A stretch of DNA of 64,000 bases, from the NCBI RefSeq assembly GCF_039654945.1, contig NW_027361704.1, positions 42,036,001 through 42,100,000 on the forward strand. The letters are read 5' to 3'. The stretch's first letter is position 1, and every line of letters begins with the position of its first letter. Made by a program: the position numbers and the translations under genes. Shown piece after piece: positions 38,400 to 50,046 of this stretch. The notes under the pieces were generated by a model. The model was not told the origin of the DNA. It searched no databases and saw nothing but the letters and a program-made list of their open reading frames with translations. This DNA is from Dendrobates tinctorius. Lineage: Eukaryota.

Positions 38400-39830
38400 T
38401 TAGGGAGGGACGACAGCCTGCAGTACCCTTATACCAAAAGAGAGGTCTGTGGAAGCACCCAAGTCTAGCCTAAAATGACTATAAATGGTGCTTGGAGAGG
38501 ACCAAGTAGCCGCCTTACATATCTGGTCAATGGAGACTTCTGATCTTTTGGCCCCCGAGATCGCCATGGCCCTGGTGGAATGCGCCCTCAGCTTCCCAGG
38601 TGGCGACCTGCCCTTTGAGGTGTATGCTATTGAAATCGCCTCTCTAATCCATCTGGCTAGTGTATTTTTCGACGTTCTACAACCTTTCCTAGGGCCTTGA
38701 TGGGAGACAAATAGGGCATTATCTTTCTTCCAGGGATCGGTGACTGCCAGATATTCTATGAGGCATCTCCTAACATCCAGGGTGTGTAGTTTCTCTTCCT
38801 TCTCGTTAGCTGGGTTAGGGAGGAAGGATGGGAGGACTATCTCCTGTGTCCTATGAAAGCTAGAAACTACCTTAGGTAAGTACGCTGGATCAGGTCTGAG
38901 TATTACCCTATCCTCTTTGAACTGTAAATAAGGAGGACGCCTAGATAATGCCTGGATATCGCTTACTCTGCGAGCTGATGTTAGAGCTACCAGGAAGGCT
39001 ATTTTGAGGGACAGGTTTTTTATGGAAGCCAATGAGATAGGTTCGAATGGGGTTTCCGTCATAGCAGTGAGGACTAGGTTCAAGTCCCACGGCATGAATC
39101 TATCCTTCACTATTGGTCTGGCTCTACCTGCCGCCTTAATGAACCTGCTGACCCAGTAATTACCAGCGATGTTGCAGCTAAAAAGGGCCCCCAAGGCTGA
39201 TACTTGTACTTTAAGGGTACTGGTAGAAAGCCCCATGTCCAGACCTTTCTGTAGAAACTCTAATATCTGAATTATAGGTGCTGAATCCCCAGCGACTACT
39301 CCTGAGTTTTGAAGGAATTTTTTCCAAATTCTAACATAAATTTTCGTGGTAATGATTTTTCTACTTTTAAGTAGGGTGTTAATTAGGTCTGGGGAGAAGC
39401 CTTTCTCTTCTAGCAGTGACCGTTCAAACTCCACGCCGTCAGATGTAGGCCAGCCAACTGAGGATGGAACACTGGGCCCTGGGATAGGAGATCCGGGATG
39501 TCCGGAAGAACCAAAGGATCGGATACCGACATGGTCCTGAGGCATGAGAACCATGCCCTCCTGGGCCAAAATGGAGCGATAACTATAACCCTTGCTCTGT
39601 CTTTTCTGATTTTCTTTATCACCAGGGGTATTAGAGACAGAGGAGGGAAGGCGTAGGCTAGCCTGAAGTCCCACTTTATCAGAAAGGCATCTACCGCCAG
39701 AGGATTCTCTCTGGGATTTAAGGAGCAGAATTGTCTCAATTTTTTGTTCTCCTTGGTGGCGAAGAGATCTACCTCTGGATGTCCCCACTTTTGTACAATC
39801 AGGTTGAATATGGAGGTGTTTAAGGACCAT
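38400..39830 (-). CDS. DIRS tyrosine recombinase
   Basis: LVALTSARRVSDIQAL (catalytic R), LDVRRCL, RAHSTRA (HxxR), CKAATWSSPSTIYSHFRL. The expected terminal Tyr appears as F here versus HYRL in element B, so it may be inactive. Confidence 0.9.
   Translation of the reverse strand: MVLKHLHIQPDCTKVGTSRGRSLRHQGEQKIETILLLKSQRESSGGRCLSDKVGLQASLRLPSSVSNTPGDKENQKRQSKGYSYRSILAQEGMVLMPQDHVGIRSFGSSGHPGSPIPGPSVPSSVGWPTSDGVEFERSLLEEKGFSPDLINTLLKSRKIITTKIYVRIWKKFLQNSGVVAGDSAPIIQILEFLQKGLDMGLSTSTLKVQVSALGALFSCNIAGNYWVSRFIKAAGRARPIVKDRFMPWDLNLVLTAMTETPFEPISLASIKNLSLKIAFLVALTSARRVSDIQALSRRPPYLQFKEDRVILRPDPAYLPKVVSSFHRTQEIVLPSFLPNPANEKEEKLHTLDVRRCLIEYLAVTDPWKKDNALFVSHQGPRKGCRTSKNTLARWIREAISIAYTSKGRSPPGKLRAHSTRAMAISGAKRSEVSIDQICKAATWSSPSTIYSHFRLDLGASTDLSFGIRVLQAVVPP
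39410..39790 (-). pseudogene. DIRS N6-adenine methyltransferase-like domain overlapping the YR ORF
   Basis: DAFLIKWDFRLAYAFPP...VIVIAPFWPRRAWF, the typical DIRS1 MTase-like domain after RNase H. Confidence 0.8.
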
Positions 39831-39855
39831 TCTCCTTGCTTTAGCTGATTGCGGC

Positions 39856-40308
39856 TTAAAAAGTCTGCCGTGATGTTGTCCTCCCTTTTATATGTAGAGC
39901 TGTTAAAGATAGAAAATGCTGCTCTGCTAGTTGGAACAACCGCTCTGCTACAATCATCAGGGGTCTGGAATGGGTCCCGCCTTGGTGATTGATATACGCC
40001 ACGGTGACCTGATTGTCGGAGAACACTCGCACGTGATGGCCCTGTAGATACACAAGGAGCTTTTTAGCCGCCTGTTCTACTGCTGTCAATTCTTTTAGGT
40101 TAGACGACATTCCTAACTGATGATGTTCCCATTGGTCCTGGACTAGCATTTCACCCATATGAGCCCCCCAACCGGAAGGGCTAGCATCTGTGGTGACTAT
40201 GCGGGTTGTGTTATACTCCCAGGGTACCCCTTTAGATAAATTATCCTTGTCTAGCCACCACTCTAGGGACTCCCTTGTGTTACGGGACAAGGTTAGCTGG
40301 CCCTCCAA
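39856..40308 (-). pseudogene. DIRS RNase H
   Basis: TTDASPSGWGAH, SSNLKELTAV, VFSDNQVTVAYINHQGGT; separated from the RT by a stop. Confidence 0.88.
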
Positions 40309-40374
40309 GTAACCCCCAAGGATTTTTTGATGTAATAAAACCTCGCTCTGTAGTTTCCTTGCATGAAACTGGGC

Positions 40375-41223
40375 CTACTGGACTGCCGGGATACAGGCCG
40401 AGAGAGAGCCTAGAAGGGACATGGCTTTCCTGAGGGACATGGTGGGGTTATTGGAGGCGTTCAGGACCTGGTAGTGGAGGCGAACAAGCTTCTCCGGAGG
40501 CAGACGGCATTCCTGTTTCTCAGAATCTAGGATTAGGCCCAAGAATTGTTGGACTCTCATCGGTTGCAACCGAGATTTTTTGATGTTCAGCAACCATCCT
40601 AACCGCTCTAGGGCAAACATTGCCCTTTGTAGCTGTTCCAAACAATGGTTCGCCATTTTGCCTACAATAAGAAAATCGTCCAGGTAGGGGACCACCAGAA
40701 TGTCAGATTCACGTAGATGGGCCATGACTTCCGCTATCACTTTAGTAAATACTCGGGGGGCGACTGCCACACCAAAGGGAAGGGCCGCATATTGGAAATG
40801 TCGAACTGACCCATCTAACTGAACTGCCACTCTGAGAAAATGCTGATGAGCTGCATGGATGGGTATATGGTAGTAGGCGTCTTTTAAATCTAACACCACC
40901 ATAAAGCAGTTTTGGAACAGCAATTTTATTGTGGACTTAATTGTTTCCATTTTAAACGGACGTATGACCAGAAACTTGTTGAGGGCCTTAAGGTTTATTA
41001 TAGTCCTAAAGGAGCTGTCTGGCTTGCGGACCAGGAACAGAGGGGAGTAGAAACCCGTCCCCCATTCTCCCTCTGGAACCTCTGTTAGGACTTTCTTGCC
41101 GCACAGGTCATGAACCTCAGCCTCCAGGGCAGCTTGTTCTGAAGTAGAAGACCTGAGTGGGGTGATTTTAAATCGATCATGGGGAACCCTAGAGAATTCT
41201 AGTCGCAGTCCCACAGCTATCAC
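40375..41223 (-). pseudogene. DIRS reverse transcriptase
   Basis: FYSPLFLVRK, DLKDAYYHIPI, LPFG, YLDD. Confidence 0.92.
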
Positions 41224-41497
41224 CCCCAGTATCCAGATGCTATTAGAGATCAGCGACCAGGTTGGGTAGAAGGCAGCTAGTCTCCCTCCTACCGGGGCAA
41301 CTAGTCATTGGGGCGGGTTTTTCGTGTCACGAGCTGGACCTTCCTGGCGCCCCCCTCCTCCAAACATGAATCCTGTACCTTTCCTTCTTTTCTCATCCCA
41401 TCTGCCCTGATCTCTGGACGGCCTTCTACGGAAATATCCTTTCCTGGTAAAGGGACGTCTATAAGAAGGATTTGGCAGACTGGGAAATTTCTTTTTG

Positions 41498-42782
41498 TCA
41501 TCCCCAGCTTTTTCTAATAATTCGTCCAGGACAGGGCCGAAAAGATACTCCCCCCTCGCAAGGAATGGAACAGAGACGGGACCGGGCCTGAATATCTCCC
41601 GGCCAGCACTTTAACCAGAGCGCTCTTCGCGCTGCATTAGATAGACCCGCGGCTCTAGCCGCCATCCTTGCAGAGTCTGCTGAAGCATCAGCTAAAAACG
41701 CAGCGGCATTCTGGATGATCGGCAGATTTTTTCGAATGGATGCTCTTGAGGCTCCGTCTTTTAGCTCGGAATACAGTTGATCTAGCCAGACCATCATGGA
41801 TCTGGCTGTACTGGTGGCAGCTATCGCTGGTCTTAGTGCGCCTGCTGACATCTCCCATGTTCCTTTTAGAAAAGAATCTGCTTTTTTATCTAGCGGATCT
41901 TTCAAGGAGGCCATATCGTCAAAGGGTATGGAGGATTTTTTGGACGCTTTGGCTACTGCTGCGTCTAGTTTCGGGGCCTTATCCCATCTGCTTACTACTG
42001 GGTCATCAAAGGGGTATCTCCGCTTGAAAGCTGGTGGCATGGTGCCCCTTTTTTCAGGTCTCTTCCATTCTCTGTCTATTAGGCTCTGGACTTTATCATT
42101 TAATGGAAAAGCCCTGCGTTTTCTGGGGTCTAGACCCCCGAACATTATGTCCTGTGCTGAGAGTTCCCGTTTTGTGTCCGCTACCCCCATGGTGGACCTT
42201 ATTGCTTTCACTAGTCTGTCCATTTGATCTAAGGGGAAGCAGAATCGGCTAGAGTCTTCATCCGAGGAAGATGACGAGGAGGCCGAGGAATTATCACCTT
42301 TCCTAGGGGTGACTCAGGCCTCCGAGCCTGAAACACTAGCCTCTCTTCTAGAAGGTTCCCCTTGAGATAAGACTTTCATCTCCGACCTGATTATCTCCCT
42401 CAGGCTTGAAGTGAAGTCAGGTGTCTCTTCCGCTACCTGCGTAAACGGGGGAGAGTATAAGGGCCTGACAATCTACCCCTGGACTCCCTGTCTCTATCAA
42501 CCCCTACCGTCTGTCGTATGCATGGCTGACATAACTTTTTAGGGTGGCCATCTGGTAGGGGGCAACTACAGAGGGCACATTCCCTGTGCTTCTGTTTTCC
42601 CGTAGCTTTCTTCCCCTGCGAAAAAACATAAGGGAACACTGCATCAGGGTACATTCACGGAGATCTCTTACCCATGCAGTTGAAGCAGGTACCAGATCAC
42701 GGAGGGAGGCAGGGGGATCCTTTAGTCTGGAGGAACTTCCGCGGCTTTGGTCGCTTGTTCGTCTGTTTCTTTTGCTGGCCAC
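41498..42782 (-). pseudogene. DIRS gag with an N-terminal CxxC...CxxC finger, apparently split by two short GT-AG introns
   Basis: Exon 42508-42615 encodes GKKATG...CALC...CQPCIRQT. Splicing out 42616-42671 and 42437-42507 puts it in frame with ORF 41498-42223, with one TGA at ~42315. Confidence 0.8.
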
Positions 42783-43929
42783 TCGTATGTGGTTTTGTTG
42801 TGGCCCGTTTCTGCGGGCGCTCCTGCGCCTCGTCCTGCTGGTCTATGGGGGCTTCCGTCGTATCCATTGCTGGGCCCTTCGGAAGCACCCCAGAAGCGTC
42901 CCCCCTGCCTTATATGGCCTCTTGGTGTCCGGATCAGCAGGGATCTGGCCATGGCACCACCCACCCGGGATTCTCCCGTGACCTCCCCCCCATGCTCCGG
43001 CCCCCCCACCTTACCCAGGCCGCCGCCCGCGACCCCCGGACAGGCGTGCACCCACGGCGCGCATCGGAAGCCGGCCGGCACCCGACTTCCTGTTTCGGCG
43101 TTCCCGGCTCCGCCCCTTCCGCCGCATCACTTCCGCCGCTCACCAGAGCTTTGCGGGAGCGCGCGCGAAGGAGCCGGCGCGGCGCCCCCTGCCCGGAATG
43201 CCTCCCAGCCGCGCGCGCGCCGCCATGACCGCCAACCAGGCGCCAACGTTGACCGGGAGGACCGGACCCGGGGGAGCGCACCAGGAGGGCCCGGGGCATA
43301 CCCGGTGCTGGCATTCTGGAGGCGGTGTCCACCGGACCCTCTGCTCCACCTGCTCCGTCCACTGCCGTTGTGACCTACCCAGCCCCACCGTGGCGCTTCC
43401 AGGGACCCCGCACTGACCGAGGTAGGAGACCCCCCCCGCTACCTGGGTCGGTCAGCCGGCCTGGGAATCCATGACAACTCCATGACGGACGATCTGTAGG
43501 GAGTCTTGTCCTCTAAGAACAGGAAACCAACTGATGCGTGGGAGAGGTGCCACCCTTTTGTATCTGTAGGTTTCCTGTTCCTAAAGGGCGGATCCCCTGT
43601 CTCAGGTGGTGCTGTCATGGACGACCGAATAAAGAGGCCTTAAATAATCACTCTAATCCTGGAAGTGGAGATATGAGAATAGGCAGTCCCGCCCAGTTCT
43701 TGTGGTGATTCCTAAAACCCTAACCCAATTTCCAGGCACATTAAAATAAAAAAAACAAATAAAAAAAACTCAGCACTAATGGTACTGGGGCCTGTTCTTC
43801 AGAGCTCACACCACCTCAGTGACATCTCCTAACCAAGACCTGTCCAGCTGCCACCTTACAATGGTTTTTCATTCAGTCCCACTGCCACAGGTCTATAACA
43901 TCTAGCTCTTCACCATGCAGTCTGCATTT

Positions 43930-44510
43930 AGCAACATTAATGAAAGAATGGGTTTTTCTGACGACTTCACAGATACCAGCGTGGTCATGTAACCGTAAGT
44001 CACTTTTGCAACAAGTCATGAAATGATTTCACTCCTAAATATTCCATGAACCTGCTGAGAAGTGTAAGCGTTTAGGAACCACAGCAACTCAGAAAGTAGA
44101 CACCACGTAAAGCTACAGAGTGGGGACACCAAGTAGTGTTAGTGTATGAAAGTCAGCCACACTGTGCTGAGTCCAAACCTCCTAGAACAATAACACAAAA
44201 ACTGTGTGCTGGGAATTTAATTGCATGGGCTCCTATGGCGGATCAGCTGCGTGAAAGCCTTACATCACCAAGCACACTGCCAAGCATCAAAAGAAATACA
44301 GTAAGGCACACTGACACTGGACTATGGAGCAGTGGAAGTATGTTCTGTGGAGTAACCAATCATGCATCTCTACCCTGCAGTGTAATGGACAAGTCTGAGT
44401 TTGTTGAATACCAGAAGAACGTTACCTGCCAAACTGCATTGGGCCAATTGTACAATTTGATATAGGTGGGATAATGCTATATGGTTGCTTTACAGAAGTT
44501 TGCCTAGGCT
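43930..44510 (+). mobile_element. Highly decayed Tc1-like transposase fragment
   Basis: CACTGGACTATGGAGCAGTGGAAGTATGTTCTGTGGAGT translates HWTMEQWKYVLWS. Confidence 0.55.
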
Positions 44511-45468
44511 CTACTACACTTACTAGGTGTCAATTACCCTATGACATTAACTATGATCATGGTCTGCACCTCCTTTTGGTTGCTCCTCCTTCCTGTTCTC
44601 ATGACCCAAACAATACATTGTAGTTGATATTTTAATGATTATTTGTTAATAAAGCTCTTGTTTTTACTTCACCCTGTGGTTTATAGCTTCTTCATTTTTT
44701 CCTCTCTGTTTAACAGAATACAAATGGCCTGCCTTTTCTTTGAGCTGGACATTAGTCATATAGTTCCTCATGGCTTATTGTCCATTATCCAGGCTCAGTC
44801 CTTCACGACCCTTATCCACATGTGCGCTTCTTGACAAATGATAAGGTTTTAATATTAGAGGTTAGGACCATCCCAAGCAGGGTCACCGTGACGTGGTTGG
44901 ATGGATTTTAACTTTATGTTTATTATAGTGCTTGAAAAAAACCACTATATTGGAATCCGAACGCTGCTAACTTATCATTATTCAGTTGATTTCCACAATT
45001 AATGCTGCCCGAACCGCTACACGCACAGACTCCGTTGAGGTGTCGTTTCGAAGCCAGCGTCCACGAGAGGTGTGCTAAGTAATTTTCGTGTCGATCGAAA
45101 TTTGTGGTTTTTGCGCAATTTGCGTTTGAAAAAACATTTTCCTCAATGCATTTCAATGGGAAACTAGATGTTTATTTCCTGAAGGACGTACAGATAGTGG
45201 TTTGAAATGGTGCCTGGGCTGCCCCTTTAAGAGAGACTTGCCTGCTGCTCCTGCAAGACTTCCAACTCAGGATCCGTTTTAACTGTGAGTGCCTCTCAGG
45301 GGCCACTTTGGCCTCAGGGTCTTATTTGGTGGGTGGGGCCCCTCAGGATCTGATTCCATGGCCTGGGCTCCTCAGGGCTTGAATTGTTGGTGGGGATCCC
45401 TCAGGGTCCGATTTTGTGAGTGGGGCCCCTCAGGGTCCGATTTTGTGGCCGGATCCCCTCAGGGTCTG

Positions 45469-45620
45469 ATTTGTTGGGCGGGACCACTGGGTCCAATTTG
45501 TTGGGCGGGACCACTGGGTCCAATTTGTTGGGCGGGACCACTGGGTCCAATTTGTTGGGCGGGACCACTGGGTCCAATTTGTTGGGCGGGACCACTGGGT
45601 CCAATTTGTTGGGCGGGACC
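45469..45620. repeat. 27-bp tandem repeat, ~5.5 copies
   Basis: TTGTTGGGCGGGACCACTGGGTCCAAT. Confidence 0.92.
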
Positions 45621-46218
45621 GATCAGCCTCCGATTTGGAGGCCGGGGTCGATCAGCCTCCGATTTGGAGGCCGGGGTCGATCAGCCTCCGATTTGGAGGC
45701 CGGGGTCGATCAGCCTCCGATTTGGAGGCCGGGGTCGATCAGCCTCCGATTTGGAGGCCGGGGTCGATCAGCCTCCGATTTGGAGGCCGGGGTCGATCAG
45801 CCTCCGATTTGGAGGCCGGGGTCGATCAGCCTCCGATTTGGAGGCCGGGGTCGATCAGCCTCCGATTTGGAGGCCGGGGTCGATCAGCCTCCGATTTGGA
45901 GGCCGGGGTCGATCAGCCTCCGATTTGGAGGCCGGGGTCGATCAGCCTCCGATTTGGAGGCCGGGGTCGATCAGCCTCCGATTTGGAGGCCGGGGTCGAT
46001 CAGCCTCCGATTTGGAGGCCGGGGTCGATCAGCCTCCGATTTGGAGGCCGGGGTCGATCAGCCTCCGATTTGGAGGCCGGGGTCGATCAGCCTCCGATTT
46101 GGAGGCCGGGGTCGATCAGCCTCCGATTTGGAGGCCGGGGTCGATCAGCCTCCGATTTGGAGGCCGGGGTCGATCAGCCTCCGATTTGGAGGCCGGGGTC
46201 GATCAGCCTCCGATTTGG
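45621..46218. repeat. Perfect 29-bp tandem repeat, ~20 copies, with an internal hairpin
   Basis: GATCAGCCTCCGATTTGGAGGCCGGGGTC; GCCTCC/GGAGGC stem in each unit. Confidence 0.97.
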
Positions 46219-46826
46219 CGTGTCGGCCCTTTAAGACTCATTTCGGTGCGCCGGCCCTTTAACAATCACTTTGGCGCGTCGGCCCTTTAAGAGCTAGTTT
46301 GGCTCACTGGGCTTCTTCTAAATCAACTTTGGCGGACATTCTCTCTCAGGGGCATGTGTCATGTGATGAAGCTATATTTGCATTAGTGCTGTGGTTTTCA
46401 CTTTAAGAGCTGATATTATGTGGCAGAAGCTCTGTCCTCGGGGCGTCATGTGACATTCGTAGGCGTTGGCATAGTAACTGGGTGTGCCTGCGCATATCAA
46501 TGAGCTTAACTGCCATTTCAATCGCCTCAGGGCACGTTTTGCCATTTCCCATTGAAAAGCATTGGAGACAATGCATTCTAATGACGGGAAAATAAATTTT
46601 CAAACTCAAATTGCGCAAAAACTAAAAATCCGATCGACATGAAAAATACTTAGCACACCTCTCATGGACGCTGGCTTCGAAACGACACCTCAACGGCGTC
46701 TGTGCGGGTAGCGGTTCGGGCCGCATTAATTGCGGAAATCAACTGGAAAATAAGAAGAATAAGTTAGCAGCGTTCGGATTACAATATAGTGGTTTTTTCA
46801 AACCACTATAAATATTGCCACAGAGA

Positions 46827-48313
46827 AAACATGCCCTGAGGCGATTGAAATGGCAGTTAAGCTCATTGATATGCGCAGGCACACCCTGTTACTATGCCAA
46901 CGCCTACGAACTATAGTATACATGACCCCCCCAGGACAGAGTTTCTGCCAGATAATTTCAGCTCTTAAAGCGAAACCCAAAGCACAAATGCAAATCTAGC
47001 TTCATCACATGACGCATGCCCCTGAGAGAGAATGTGTGCCAAAGTGGATTTAGAAGCCCAGTGAGCCAAACTGGCTCTTAAAGGGCTGACATGCCAAAGT
47101 GAGTCTTAAAGGGCCGGTGCACCGAAATGAGTCTTAAGAGGGCCAGTGCGCCACATCAAAAGCTGAGTGACCCCAGGCTCCAAATTGGAGGCTGAGCCAC
47201 CCTGGCCTCCAAATCGGACTCAGAGTGGCCCCGCTCACCAAATCTGACCCAGAGTAGCCCCGCCTACCAAATCGGACCCTGAAGGGCCACGCCCACCAAA
47301 TCAGACCCAGAGTGGCCCCACCCACCAAATCGGACCCTGAGGGGCCCTACCCACCAAATCATACCCACATTGGCCCCGCCCACCAAATCAGACCCAGAGT
47401 GGCCCCGCCCACCAAATCGGACCCTGAGGGGCCCCGCCCACCAAATCGGACCCTGAGGGGCCCCGCCCACCAAATCGGACCCTGAGGGGCCCCGCCCACC
47501 AAATCGGACCCTGAGGGGCCCCGCCCACCAAATCGGACCCTGAGGGGCCCCGCCCACAAAATCAGACCCTGAGGGGCCCCACCCACAAAATCAGACCCTG
47601 AGGGGCCCCACCCACAAAATCAGACCCCGAGGGGCCCCACACACAAAATCGAACCCTGAGGGGCCCCACACACAAAATCGAACCCTGAGGGGCCCCGGCC
47701 ACCAAATCATACCCAGATTGGCCCCGCCCACCAAATCGGACCCTGAAGGGCCACACCCACCAAATCAGACCCAGAGTGGCCCCGCCCACCAAATCGGACC
47801 CTGAGGGGTCCCACCCACAAAATCAGACCCTGAGGGGCCCCGGCCACAAAATCAGACCCTGAGGGGCCCCGGCCACAAAATCAGACCCTGAGGGGCCCCG
47901 GCCACAAAATCGGACCCCAAGGGGCCCCACACACAAAATCGGACCCTGAGGGACCCCACACACAAAATCGGACCCTGAGGGGCCCCACACACAAAATCGA
48001 ACCCTGAGGGGCCCCGGCCACAAAATCGGACCCTGAGGGGCCCCACCCACAAAATTGGACCCTGAGGGGCCCCACCCACAAAATCGGACCCTGAGGGATC
48101 CCGGCCACCAATTCAAGCCCTGAGGAGCCCTGGCCACAGAATTGGATCCTGAGGGGCCACACCCACCAAATCAGACCCTGAGGCCAAAGTGGCCCCTGAG
48201 AGGCACCCACAGTTAAAACGGATCCTGAGTTGAAAGTCTTGCAGGGGCAGCAGGCAAGTCTCTCTTAAAGGGGCAGCATTTCAAAGCACTATCTGTACTT
48301 CCTTCAGGAAATA
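46827..48313. mobile_element. TIR-less inverted copy of the interior of the 44924-46811 element, with a diverged 29-bp repeat array
   Basis: 46827-47140 matches the reverse complement of ~46230-46540; ~48080-48313 matches the reverse complement of ~45172-45420; CCACCAAATCGGACCCTGAGGGGCCCCGC variants at ~47200-48190. Confidence 0.75.
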
Positions 48314-48481
48314 CACTGCAGTGTATTTGCTTTTTAGGTTTTTATCTTGGGGTTTTGTCTGTTTAGTGGCCAGTCTGAACATGCGACTACATGCCGCATG
48401 CACATACACTTGCATTCCAGTCCATATCTTCAGGAGTTTGGTATATCATTTGGCAGACTGCCCTCAAAATGCCAAACTATA

Positions 48482-50046
48482 CAGTTATGGCCCAACGTTT
48501 TGAGAATGACACAAATATTAATTTTTACAAAGTCTACTGCTTCATTTTTTCTAATGGCAATTTGCATATACTCCAGAATATTATAAAGAGTGATCAGCTT
48601 AACAGCAATTACTTGCAAAGTCAATATTTGCCTAGAAAACTAACTTTATCCACCAAAACACATTTCAACATCATTGCAGCCCTGCCTTAAAAGGACCAGC
48701 TAACATCATTTCAGTGATTGCTCCATTAACACAGGTGTGGGTGTTGATGAGGACAGGGCTGGAGATCAAGCTGTCATGATTAAGTAAGAATGACACCACT
48801 GGACACTTTAAAAAGGAGGCTGGTGCTTGGCATCATTGTTTCTCTTCTGTTAACCATGGTTATCTCTAAAGAAACACGTGCAGTCATCATTGCACTGCAC
48901 AAAAATGGCCTAACAGGGAAGAGTATCGCAGCTAGAAAGATTGCACCTCAGTCAACAATCTATCGCATCATCAAGAACTTCAAGGAGAGAGGTTCCCTTG
49001 TTGCCAAAAAGGCTCCAGGGCACCCAAGAAAGACCAGCAAGCGCCAGGACCGTCTCTTAAAAGTGTTTCAGCTGCGGATCGGGCTACCAGCAGTGCAGAG
49101 CTTGCTCAGGAATGGCAGCAGGCAGGTGTGGGTGCATCTGCACGCACTGTGAGGCGGAGACTCTTGAAGCAAGGCCTGGTCTCAAGGAGGGCAGCAAAGA
49201 AGCCACTTCTCTCCAGAAAAAACATCATGGACAGACTGATATTCTGCAAGAGGTACAGGGAGTGGACTGCTGAGGACTGGGGTAAAGTCATTTTCTCTGA
49301 TGAATCCCCTTTTCGATTGTTTGGGACATCTGGAAAACGGCTTATTCGGAGAAGACCAGGTGAGTGCTACCACCAGTCTTGTCTCATGCGAACTGTCAAG
49401 CATCCTGAAACCATTCATGTGTGGGGTTGCTTCTCAGCCAAGGGAATGGGCTCTCTCTCAGTCTTGCCTAAAAACACAGCCATGAATAAAGAATGGTACC
49501 AGAATGTCCTCGAAGAGCAACTTCTCCCAACCGTCCAAGAGCAGTTTGGCGATCAACAATGCCTTTTTCAACATGATGGAGCACCTTGCCATAAAGCAAA
49601 GGTGATAACTAAATGGCTCAGGGAACAAAACAGAGATTTTGGGACCATGGCCTGGAAACTCCCCAGATCTTAATCCCATTGAGAACTTGTGGTCAATCAT
49701 CAAGAGACGGGTGGACAAACAAAAACCTTCAAATTCAGACAAAATAAAAGCATTGATTTTGCAAGAATGGACTGCTATCAGTCAGGATTTGATCCAGAAG
49801 TTGATTGAGAGCATGCCAGGGAGAATTGCTGAGGTCCTGAAGAAGAAGGGTCAACACTGCAAATATTGACTTGCTGCATTAACTCATTCTAACTGTCAAT
49901 ATAACCTTTTGTTACTCATAATATGATTGCAATTATATTTCTGTATGTGATAAAAACATCTGACAAACACACATAAAAACCAGAGGGCAGCAGATCTTGT
50001 GAAAATATAATATTTGTGTCATTCTCAAAACTTTTGGCCATGACTG
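48482..50046 (+). mobile_element. Tc1/mariner transposon
   Basis: TA|CAGTTATGGCCCAACGTTTTGAGAATGACACAAAT ... ATTTGTGTCATTCTCAAAACTTTTGGCCATGACTG|TA. Confidence 0.92.
48857..49869 (+). pseudogene. Tc1 DD34E transposase with two frameshifts
   Basis: MVISKETRAVIIALH..., VIFSDES, FQHDGAPCH and [15 protein letters not shown] spread over three ORFs. Confidence 0.9.

Larger units (their letters stand above)
38014..43633 (-). mobile_element. Full-length DIRS1-like tyrosine-recombinase retrotransposon (element A), mildly decayed
   Basis: Inverted terminal repeats at ~38055-38147 and ~43526-43620; an internal complementary region at ~38293-38380 joining both termini; AAA/TTT ends; gag, RT, RNase H, MTase and YR ORFs. 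Confidence 0.95.
37538..43639. mobile_element. Harbinger-type MITE (same family as 36646-37105) split by a DIRS insertion in its right TIR
   Basis: TTA|GGCCTGTTTCACAC at 37535; MITE body to ~38013; residual GAGGCC|TTA at 43634-43642. Confidence 0.8.
44924..46811. mobile_element. Unclassified non-autonomous element with ~240-bp TIRs and an internal minisatellite
   Basis: 44924-45163 and 46545-46811 are inverted repeats, each ending in a short TATAGTG...CACTATA hairpin; no coding domain. Confidence 0.7.

Noticed and set aside
42586-43500. GC-rich CpG island with many ORFs, suggesting a host promoter or gene
   Set aside because: It is the 5' leader of DIRS element A, as 55100-55740 is for element B; the ORFs reflect GC content.
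45621-46218. CRISPR-like 29-bp palindromic repeats
   Set aside because: The units are directly adjacent with no spacers, there are no cas genes and the context is eukaryotic; this is a minisatellite.
45289-48210. Long ORFs (up to 333 aa) with repetitive peptides
   Set aside because: Translations of stop-free 27/29-bp tandem repeats that are open in several frames.
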